Shown here: positions 50,432 through 62,400 of the stretch, one piece after another | How the letters are laid out: each line of letters starts with the position of its first letter | Position numbering within the stretch: the stretch's first letter is position 1 | NCBI RefSeq assembly: GCF_018977255.1 | Contig: NW_024704742.1 | Location: forward strand, 21,268,001-21,332,000 | Length of the DNA stretch: 64,000 nucleotides | DNA from: Callorhinchus milii | Taxonomy: Eukaryota | Direction: 5' to 3' | Notes under the pieces: generated by a model | Database searches by the model: none | What the model saw: the letters and a program-made list of their open reading frames with translations, nothing else | Told to the model about the DNA's origin: nothing | Program-made: the position numbers and the translations under genes

Positions 50432-53400
50432 CTGGAGGGGGATTTGGAAAGATATAATTTGATTGTATCTGTCGGGGAGGGGCGGGGCGTCTAAGTTTCC
50501 AATCTCTTTTATAGGAATGTTGGAATACACAGCATTAGAAACTTCACTGTGGCCCATCCCCCAAAGCAAAAATACCCAACACGCATATCCAATAACAAAC
50601 CACAGAAAATCAGCTGCAAAGAGTGAATTCAACAACTTGTCAAATTCTAGACATTCGGAACACGGATCAGCATAAATTTATTTATAAAGCTCCTTTCATG
50701 TTAAGGATGTACCGTGGTGCTTAACAATTCTGCCTTGACACCTGAGTTGGGGATGTAAGACAAGGGGGTGGGGGTGGTGGTGGATGGGGAAGATGACCGA
50801 AGGCACGGTCAAAGACATAGATCTTGAGACAGACCTTGAAAGAGGTGAAGGATGGAGTGAGTCGGAGGGACGTTCCAGAGAGTGGGGAGAAAAGGGCTGC
50901 TATTGTTCCTTAGTTCAGGAACAATGTTAATCTGTGTTTTTAAATGTGTCCTAACTTCTAAACAATGGTAACATCCATAGTGAAAACCCTGGGTGCCACC
51001 ATCTGGGATTCCTCCTGGATGTTTCTGAGTGCCAAAATGGCCATTCTGAACTTATTGAGGAGACACTGGTCTAACTAGGCAAGTCATATAGTCTCTTCGA
51101 GCAAACCTTCGGTCATCTTTCACCTCCCAACCCCCTCAGTGCCCAGTCAGCAGTCAAGAGCATTGGGACTTCCTTTTGACGTAAAAGGCACTGTATAAAT
51201 TTGGACTGTATAAGCCTATGGAGGCCACTTTCCGTGCTCACAACAGTGACAGAGCGCTTGCTGAAATCCACAGGGCCTAAGAACATGGGCGCTGATCTTA
51301 ATAATAATAATCCTTGCATTTGATATAGCGCTTTTCACGTCGGGAGGACGTCCCAAAGCGCTTCACAGAACACACTGTAAAGTGAATTGACTGTATATTT
51401 GTGGGCGAACGCGGCAGCCAATTGCGCACAGCAATGTCCCACAAACAGTCGTAGATTGAAAATGACCAATTTAATTATTGTTTTTTTTTTGGAGGGATTA
51501 TTATTAGGCTCTGTGTGGAGTAAGGAAACTTGCCCAAGGTTTCGCCCTGACCTGCCTGGAATTGAACTCAGATCTCTCATTGCAAAGCGAGTGCTCTAAC
51601 CACTGAGCTACAGGACTCCATCTTAGACATTCACCTGGAAAAGGGGAGAAGATGCAAGGCTGAAGCCATCAGAGCCGGGCTGCTTGACAAGCGATAGAGC
51701 ATCCGGTACATCTATAGCCAACTTGGCGTCAAAGGGAACACTACCAAACCCTGTGGCTTGGGTCTCAGGCTGGGCTTTGTCCTGCGAAGAGAGAAAACAG
51801 AACAACTCTCAGGACACACCAAGTATAGATTCAGAAATAATTATTTTGCTGCAGCAAAGAAAGACATTATGTATTGATGGACAGCTAAACTATAGCATCT
51901 TCACCTTTCGCACCCTTCCCAACCCCTCCCCCCACCACCAACCCCAATGACAGAATGATACGTACCAGAATCTTGAACCTGTATAATAAAGAAATGGAGT
52001 CAGCCAGGCAACCAAACTCATTGTTTGTTGGGTTGTATTTGGGAACATATCCATCGGCACCAGTGCACAGGAAGACCTTTTCAATGTTGCAGGTGAAAGA
52101 GTCACCCAAGTTCTGGACAGGATCCACCATAATCCGACCGTACACAAGAGAACCTGAGTGGAGTCGTAACAACACACAAATTAGGGTCGAAATCGAGTAT
52201 CACTTAACTAAGTTGCAGCACATTTTGCAAACTATTGGTTCAGTGGGTTACAGCGGGTCTTACTTCTTGTATGTTGTCACACATACAAGCACATGGCCAC
52301 ATAGTCTCTCTTTCTTAAAAATATAGCATACAGTTAGATACACACATGCAGTCTCACGCACAACATCACACATTCTTTCACACAAACAGGCACATATACT
52401 GTCACACTCAAATATTACATACCCTATCTCACACATATACTCTGCCACATACAATTGGCAGGCTGGTGACTGTCCTCCTTGCAGGGAATGGTAAGCAGGG
52501 TCCATGCATAGAACTCTCAATGTGGGTTAGATATTCTTAAGCACAGTGATGGGTTTCTGCATGTGTTAGATGCCATTGTTAAGCGCTCTGAGACGCCGCC
52601 TAGCATGGAGGGCGCTATATAAATGCAAGTTGTTCTTGTTGTTGTTGATACTTGACTGACCAAAATGAAGTGTGCGAGTGTCGGTGGGAGTGGGTGAGAA
52701 GCAAGGAATCTATTTTAGGTCAATGTGGTTCAGTTCAGTGCAGTTGTGTCACTGGCTCTACAGTAGGAAATGCCACCAAACCTTCCGAAAAGGCAACATC
52801 CGTTCCTTCTCCGAATCCCATTGAGCCGTCAGACAACCAAAGCTCTCTCTTGGACAGCAGGACCATCTGTGTGTTGAGGCTAAACTCAGCAGCCACTGGG
52901 TCACTCACCTATTAGGAAGAGTTCAAAAACAGACAGAAGCGATGAGAGCTTTGTCAGCGAGATCACATTGTACATTAGAGGAGCTGCAGTTAGCAATGCA
53001 TCCCACCTGCTGGAATCGGATATCTAGGTCAAAGGTGATGGGCTCTCGAGGATTGCAGATGATTGGCAGGCTGTATTCCTGGTTAGGGCTGCACTGCATG
53101 GGATAAGCTTCACTGTATATGTCCCCGAGTAATCCCGGACCTAGGGAAGTATGGAGCACAAAGAGATTCAGTGGGTGAAGAAAGTAATAAAATAAGCAAG
53201 TACACTTGACGAAACACCTAGTAAAGGGAGCTCAGAAAAGGCTGGAAATTGGAACAGAAATCTCTGGGTTAGCAATTGCTCCATTACTGACTTTATATCT
53301 TTGGTGCAGAGCAGCAGACCAATGTGAAAGAACAGGACCTTTAACTTTGTGGTCCTCTGACGAGGTTGGGTGGAAGGTCACCTGTCAAGATGAGCCTTGC

Positions 53401-56400
53401 CTTGTATCCTGCCCAGCAGTGTAAGGGAGATGCTAGAAGAGCCTCTTGCTCCCCCACTACCTCTGCGACCTCCTAACCCTATATCAGCCTGTCCACTCCC
53501 TCCACTTGGTGGCGACTGGACAGCTTCAGGTCACCCACACTTCCCGCCCCACCATTGGCGGTGGGACATTCAGCATCACTGCCCTCATACTCTGGAACAC
53601 AATCCCGCAATTCATCTACATCACCCCCTCTCTTGTCTCCTTCAAGTCCCGTCTATAGACCTTTCTCTTCAACCATGGTGGCTGGAGAGGGCGGTGGGGG
53701 AAGACATTCTTGTGTCATTTTTTTCACACTCCCCACAAATCAATGCCCCATTTTATGACAATCCCAAGCCCTTTTGAGGAGTCAATTTACCACTAACTGT
53801 GGTTTTGGCCTGAAAGGTTCTTGTAACCTTCAGGACTGTGGATTCCAATTCTGCCCTCAGTTCCAATTTGACTCAACTGCCTTTGCTGAGTGCCCGTTCT
53901 TGACCACTAGATGGAACACTTCAATTAAGGAGTGGGAAACATAGGCAAGAGCTCTGAGTATTATAACAATAATAAATAAGAATAATCCTTTGGTATAGCA
54001 TCTCACGTCAGGAGGATGCCTCGAAGAGCTTCATAGGATACACTGTAAATTGGAGTGAATGAGTATTTGTAAGTGACCATTTCAGTCAATTATTATAATG
54101 TCCACAAACAACTGTAAGTGAACAATCAATTTTATCTTGGGAATTGTTGGCCAAGGCACTGGGAGAAACTCCATTCTCTTGATATGGGATCTCTAACATT
54201 CACTGAACAGGCAGATGGAAGCTCGGTTTAACATCTCATCCAAAGTATGGCACCTCTGACAATGCAGTGCTGCTGCAGTATTGCTGCTGAGTGGCGGCTT
54301 AGGCTGTGAGTTCAAGGTCATGACGTGGGATGTGAACCCTCAACCTTCTGACTCAGAAGGAAGAGTGGTTGACACCTGATTTATAATTTACATGTTAGGT
54401 ACATCAGTACGTTCAATTTTATATGAATATCCCACTGCTGGCATGGTCCCAGAATGTGAGCCAACATGCCCAGGCTCCTGGTAGCACTACCACTTGCACA
54501 TGCACAGTTGGCTCTTTTATATAACGCAGAAAAGGTTCAGAAAAGAGCATGGGGCAGGACTGCAGACAAAGAGGGAGAGGAAGAAAATTCAAATAACAAG
54601 AAAGGAGTGAAACAAGGGACCAGACAAGTGGCATGGACTGATTTGAAATCAGAAATATGATGGGAAATACACAAGGAATTGGGGGGTGGGGAATGATAAG
54701 AAAGAAATTGGCAAGTTTGAACTGGGACTAGTGGCTTACCGCAAAGTCAGAGATGAAACTCCACTGCTGTGCTGGCTGTTTGTAGGACGGTTCACTGCGA
54801 ACAAGGCTCAGAGTGAAGGTGAGGCCAGGGTGATCAGCAGACATCACCATTGAGGCCAGTGAAGTACCTGCGGCAGAGGACAGCACACCTGTTACAAGGC
54901 CAGCAGCAATTGCAAGCACATGAACATCAGAACCCACTTCAGCAGCAAGTTATTGAAGCTGTCAGTGTGTTACTGTGTTACTTTATGTCTCTAGGTGTGG
55001 CATATGTCTCATGATATTAATACCTGCAACAATTATTTTACAGATGTCATGAACTAAAATGCATTTACTTTAATTAATTAAAATGGGTTACTTACCGGGG
55101 TGAGACATGACAAACTGCCCTCGGAATCGCACTTCTGTCTTGAAGTTTACCACTAGTCGTCCCTCCTCATTGATTCTCATGCTGGTTGGGTACAAGGCAC
55201 CTGCACCAAACAGTGAAACACTCTCTTTAACTTAAGAGGACAATTTACCACTTACTGAGAAACTTGTCAGTTAAGCACCGCAAGTGCTTAGTGAGGTAGA
55301 TCCTAGATATTAAATGCAAACCTATCACCCCCATTCTCGCTTGCTCATTGTCTCCTTCCTCATCCACTAGCGGATCAAGTTCAAGATACTTGTTCTTACC
55401 TCTGAATCCCTCCAGTCTCGCCTCATCTAGCTCTGTGACCTGCACAACTGTACCGACCTGGCCCTTCCTTCACTCAGCAAACACAGCCTCCTTCATGTCC
55501 CCCACCCTACCCCTCACCATTATCAGCAAGTGGGCTTTCAACCTTTCTGCCCCACTCTCTATAACTCCATCCCGGAGTCCCTCTGACTGACTGCTTCACT
55601 CACCTCTTCAAGGTCTATTTCATGACCTACCTCTTCGACCACATTTTGGGCATCCTTCCCCTCTCCACCCCTCTGCTCCCACCCCCAGCTCAGATGCCCA
55701 GCCAGCACTGTTCAGCGCTTTGGGAAGTCCTCCCAACGTGAAAGACACGACATAAATGTAATTGTAAACATCTGACTACTGATCAAATTACATTTAGATA
55801 AGGTGCTGAAATACTGGAGACCCTGGCTTATCTTATACAATCACAAAGAAGGTTCATAAGGGCTCTCAGACCATTTGATCTCAATCAGGCTACATCCTCC
55901 CAGCGCCTTAGCCAATATTAAGACCTTACACCTAGAAACCATGAATATAATACTTTGAAAGCTCCTGCCTAGTTTGCTGGATGAAGAGCACACATACACT
56001 AACATTATTCGGTAGGTGACATGAAAATGAACATAAATGAGCCCAAGGTCCTGGTGCTCTGTGGTAGAGCAACCAAAGGGATTATATTCCACCTCACCTT
56101 GGAGTTCTGCTTCTGGAGGGCTGCCGACACCATCGTTCCACAGGATGGCAGTGTCGTACACAAAGGTGAGCTTCAACTCTGACGTCAGATCAAAGTGCTG
56201 CCAGCCACCCACCGCCACAGGGGAATGGAAGATGTAGGAGACGTAGAGAGGCACACGCAGGGTTACGTAAGACTGGACCAGGTTCAGAACCTGCAAATCA
56301 AGTGGTGATCACATTAGGACCTGTAAAGGGAGGGGCGGGGGGCAGGATTATTGCAGCTCAGATCACTGCCATCAGAGAATCATGTTCCTTTTTCCTCTCT

Positions 56401-59400
56401 GCTAATTTGCTCCCTCCACTTTTGTTGAAGGTGTCGGATTCCTTTTTTCTTTACACCAAGGTAGCCAGGCACAATCTGATACCTCGCTCAACTGGCCATT
56501 CTTCACATGCACGACTCAGAGTGATAGTTGGCACCTTTTCCATCATGAAGAGAATCACAGTTAAAGATAATATCATCCTCATCTACACAAAGGAGGAGAG
56601 GCGCGGGAAGGTGTAGCGATCAGGAGAAACCTGGCACTCTGAGGCTGGTGACAATCACAATACCTCACATTTTCCTTCACATGGTCTATTTCTCACACAA
56701 GCTGCATTCACAACCACAGGTTCTTTTGAAAGGAAAGCAGATGCTTGGAAAAAGAAGAAGCATACGGAAAGTGAGCAGGGGAGTACAACTCGGTTAGGTG
56801 GCTCATGTGGAGGAAAACCTGAGGGCTGAAATTCCATTTAATGAATGTCTATTTTGTTTTAAAATGTAAGCTCGCAAACAATTGTGGAAATTTTTGAATT
56901 CAGTATTAATTTGGAAGCCGGTTCTTTTTAAGTACAGAAATAAGCTTTCAAAATGTAGGGACTTTTGACAATCACCTTACATTTTAATACAAATAAGGAT
57001 TGTTATTATTAATATTATTATTAGTACCTGATTAGCAATAAGGTATAAGGTGATTCATCTTACCTGTCCATCTGTTCCAATGTTGCCTCCACAGTCTGTT
57101 AGAAGTTCAGACATATCATAATAGCTGGTGAACTCCCAGAGACACGCTTCCAGATTGAGGTTGCGGTAAAAGCGCAGAGTGCTTGCGGAGCGCAGAGCGG
57201 TGCTGTATTGGTACGGAGAGGTTTCACCAATCACCTCGGGGTTCTTGGTTGCTTCAGTAAGGAAGCCGTAACGAGTCGTGATTTCATTATAGTCCAAAAG
57301 ATTTGAGCATTTGTGATTGCCAACTCGGGTACCATCTGGGCTTAGGGTCAACTCAAAGTTGGACATTGGCCTGGTGGAGATGACAGGGAGCATGCCTGAA
57401 ATATAAAATAAACTGTCGAAATGTTGTCCAAAAGTAGTATGAAATATAGGTGTCCAACTACAGACATTCAGAAATTGTACCAAAGCCTAGAGCTCAAAGG
57501 CAGCCAATTTCACAAGGGAAGTTAGGTTGCCAGACAATTTGATATTTGTGTTAACCAATTTAAGTCTATTTTGCTACATGATGGATTGCGCTGAGTTAAT
57601 GGATATGAAGACAGAAACGTCATTGCATTAATCCGGACTTCCACTTTTGCGAATGAAATCGTGAGATTCCAATGACATTCAGCGAAAAATAAATCAGGAA
57701 ATAAACGTGATTCCGAAGGTCTGAAAAGGCTGTTTTGCAGCTGACATCCTGCTCTCCGCCTGTTCGTTGGACTTTCCTTGGCCCAACAGAGGAGCTGATA
57801 TATGTATATGTTATACATATGTGTATGAACAATCATTACCAATTTAGAGGAGATGTGTTTTTTTATACAGACATGGAATGTCGCACCTGGAACTGGTTGA
57901 GGCACAATCCATAACAGCTTTGAAGAGGCAATTAAAAAGAAAAGGGAGAATATAAAGGGGTATGAGGAAAGGGATAAACAAGTAGCACTTTCTATGTTGC
58001 AGATTTCTATGCTGCTGGTTTAAATCAAGAATAAATTGAGGGCCTGACATCACCACCGTTAAGATACACGTACCATCCATGTGCGGCATGGTCACAGTCA
58101 GCTTGATCAGGTTGGGATAGTCAGGGTCTTCTGCTCCGGTGTAGCGCAGCTTTGCAGAGAAAGGTTCCGCACCAACCACACCGGGCACTCGGGACTGGCA
58201 CAGACCTGGAAGCACAACACCCAAAGCGATTCAGATCCTGAGCCAGTATATGAAGCATCTACAGAATCCTATTCTTTGCTGAAAACACAATAGACACTAA
58301 TACACAAGCACAGCCTTTAGTTATTTTATTTGTTGCCCTAAAATAAATATGCTCAGTGAACCAATTTACACTCAGGAGGACATCATAATAATGGATTCCG
58401 AGGACTTTGGTCTCAGTATTATCTTTGGTCCCAACTTCCAGTCTTAGCCACAAAAACCATTGTGCCTTTAAGTATAAAATGATGCAGAATTTGGAAAATT
58501 CTTCAGGTCATCTCAATTTGGAAGATGGATTTTTTTTAAGAGCTGCAAGAAACTGCTTTCCAAAGGATATAGAATTACATAGAATTACATATAGAATTAC
58601 ATAGACTGTACAGCACCAAAACCAGCCATTTGGCCCAATTTATCTGTGGTGCGGGACTTATACTGTACACAAGTCTCCATCCATCCTAATCCTATCTCCC
58701 AATCCCCCTCCCATACCTCTCTAATCTCTTCTCTTCCCTCATTCATGGATTGATGTGGGCACAGTTCTGAACTTCTCATTTCAGCACATTTCAGGTATTT
58801 GCCCCCGTTTGCTTTTAAATAACCTCAATATTAAATTATGCATTTGCCGCAGAGGAGCTATGCACACATGTTTTTAGTGTTTAGCAGTGATGTTGTTGGA
58901 TGAGGGGTTCAACTCAATAGGTTCTGACTTTGGTTTAGCAGAGTTGGAAATGGATTGTCCTTAGCAACCAGAAAATGTGGGTGTAACTGGTAGCACCACT
59001 CATGTGCTTTGTGCAATGTTCACCAATGTACATTCAGGAGGAATTTATAATAATGGACTATTATGAGGTCGTGAGGAATACAGTTTCTGGTAGATCACAT
59101 CATTTGAAGGCTTAAAAAGTGTGAAAAAATTAGTATTACAGCTCCCGATCCCCGAGCCAGAATTACAATTTCCAATCCATGAGTTGCAATTGCACCTTTA
59201 CACCAAGACCAAATTTACTCCCCGCTACCGATTAATGCTGGAAAATGTAATCTTTCAAAAGGAAATTCCATTAAAACAGGTCAATAGGTCACTGTTGTTG
59301 GCAAACAACAGGTGGTAATATGCCGTTAACATAAACACACTGAGTAATGAGAAAGAGGGGAATCCTGGAGATCACAAGCTGGTCTGCAATGTAAGGAGTG

Positions 59401-62400
59401 TTATTTTTGTGCCTGGCTGCTCACCATCCTGTTTGCTGATAGTAACAATAGGACTAAGAAGCTCCAGACCGGCCTCTCCATTAGCAGTGAATGCACGGGC
59501 CGCACACTGCACCCGGGAGCCTGCCTGGAAGTAGATAGAGTCCAGAGTGATGGTCTTTGTGCTGCTGAAGAACGTGTTAGAGTCCACTTCACGCATGGGG
59601 CTGGTCACACCATCCAGGCCGCTCGGAGCACTGACCAGCCAGCGATACTGGGAGAGTGTATCATTGATATTCTCTGCAGTGCAGATGGACCCAGTTTTAT
59701 CAAAGTCTGAGTACTTGGGATTGCAGGCCTGCCAACGGAGAAAGAAATTCGTTACCACTATCATTAGCCACCATAAATAATGCCATAAAGAACAACCAAA
59801 ATGAAGTGATAGGAAGCGATATGGAGCTGATGATGTGGGACGTGAATATCTGTGATCACTGTTAACTAAAATCCAATGAAAACCACCAACCAATTCTGTC
59901 TTCATAATTACAACAGCCTGGGAATTAGACTGGAACTGTGACTCCTCTGTGAGAAAGTATCAATCCTCGAGCATTAACATCGTTCACACAGGTCCCGAGC
60001 TGAGTAAGACAGTTGGGGAAATCATCCCTCATCCACACCCAGAGAACAAGGACTCACCAGAACTCAACTAAGATGAAATCCTGGGTTGGAGCCAGGTGGG
60101 CAGTGTGACATATATGGAGCTCCCTGCAGGAGATCACTTTATAACCATGGGCACTTCACCTGGTGCAGCTTTACGTTTGCGAAAAGGGCAGCACAAGTGG
60201 CACTTTGAATCATTTTTTTTGACAGCCAGTGTCTGACACTTGGTGATGGGTTTCCAAAAAAGGCTGATCCAAAGTCCCATTTACACTGCCCTTTTGCAAC
60301 AAGCACTTTTTATTTCACCATGATATTGCCTTAGCCTTAGCGTGTAAGACTATGTTGTCTTGAAATTTAAGACTGTGTAAAATATTAAACTAATATTTTA
60401 TTATGAGCAAGAGATTGGGATTAGAATACTTTTAGTGGTTCACGCAGTGAAAAAAGGGCTAAAATTCCACCTAATCATTGCCCAAAAAACGATAGTTTGT
60501 TTTAAGATTTAAGCTTTGCTTAAATTTAAGATTTAATTTACTTATGGAAAACTCTTAAATTTAGCCGAGTTGTGGAAGACGGGACTTTAAGAACTTCAGA
60601 AAACTGGCTTGCTTATTAAAAAAATGGCTGCCACGTTTCACCCACAAAATACACAGTGAATCCACTTTACAATATATTCTGTGAAACGCTTTGAGCCATC
60701 TTAACGACACGATAAGGCACAATATGAAATGCAAGGATTGTTACAAGACAGAATTCAAAACTTTTCAACACAATTGAGGCATGATCAGAAATGTTAAGGC
60801 AACACGGTCTGACAAACTGAATCTTGGTAGAATTTATAAAAAACTAATTTGGTATATGGTCACATCGTGTCATTGAGACATCCCAATACACTTCACAAGA
60901 TGCACTGTAAAGTGTAGTGACTGTATCCTTTTGGGCAAACATGGCAGCCAATTTGTGTACAGCAACAGCCGAGGAGTGATTTTATTTGGGGGATTGTTGG
61001 TCAAGACACGGACAGAACTCCCTTCGGGCCTAGAGGGCAGTTTCTGATTCCCTTTCTCTATCGCATTTTCAATAACGATGGCACCAAACACAATCTCAGT
61101 AGCTCTTACCGTCACACAGGTAACGGGGTAGCCCGTGGGTGGATGTGGTGAGTCTTTCACTTTGGCAGTATCGTCGTACAGCAGGAGCGAGGCCACCTGA
61201 GGGACTGCTGGAAAGGTGACATCTGCCACACTGTCCATTTCTTCAATGTACACAATCGCTTTGCTCATCTGAGAGAAAAAACAGTCGCTATCACCCAACA
61301 AAAGACACACGGACGTGACCCTCACAGCAACTGCTCCACTGGTATCTTAAGATAAAGTGAAGGACATGTTTCATTCTACAAATAAAACAAAACCTGCAGA
61401 CGCTTGTAATCTAATACAAACTCAGAGAATACCAGAAATGTGCAACCAGTCAATCAACGTCTGCAAAGACATGGACAGGTTAATGTCTCAGCACGATGCA
61501 TGAGGAGATCAAGAAAATGCAGGTAAATGACACTCGGCCTCCCCAACTCCTCCCCCCATAGGCTGCAGATCATCCAGTACTTTGCAGTGCATGTCCTCTC
61601 CCGCACCAGGCTCCGTGACCCTATCACCCCCATCCTCTGGTTTCCCATCACACAGAGGATACAGTTCAAGATCCGAGTCCTCACTTTCAAAGCCCTCCAT
61701 GGCCTTGCTCCCTCCTACCTCTGCGACCTCACACACAGTGTGTGTGGGGGTGGGGATGCAGTTTGGCTGTGACGTATACCAATAGAAGGCAAAAAGGAAA
61801 TTCAAGAGTCAGGAGAGGCGGAAGGGAGAAAAATTGGAGGAGATAAAAAAAGTTACAACAGGACTATTTTTTGGGTAGAAAATATGACCCTTTGCTGTCA
61901 GTGATTAGGAATAACGGGTGTGGGGATGTTTATCCACTGTGAGGAGTGAAGTAGTACCTGGGTTTCAGCCACCATGTTCTCATCAGGCTTCAGGTGGACA
62001 GTGAAAGCTTCTCTCATCTCCCGCTCTCCGTCGTACATAACTTCGATCTCTATCACATGCTCACTTTCACCTTCTTTAAACTCGATATCTAGAAAATGTC
62101 ACAGAAATGTTATTCCCTTTCTAAACAAATTGGCACTAAATCCTTATCCTCGGGTTTGTTACCGATCTGTAGCGGCCATATTATTAAAAATAGGAATCCT
62201 CACATTTGGTATAGCACGACAAGGGGTGCATGGGCAGAATAAGGAAGAATTTGCATATTTATAGGACTTTTTTGCATCGAAACCTCAAACACCTTCAGAA
62301 GTAATTATTCTCAGTCTCTTTGCTCCAGTGCACAGAGTGATGAGGAGAATAGCAAATTACCACCGCTTGGACATGGTCAACCTTCTAACGCGGAGGCGAG

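Noticed and set aside
49803..50494. Plus-strand ORFs (123 and 159 aa) overlapping the last FREM2 exon
   Set aside because: Antisense shadows of a GC-rich coding exon, with no independent support.
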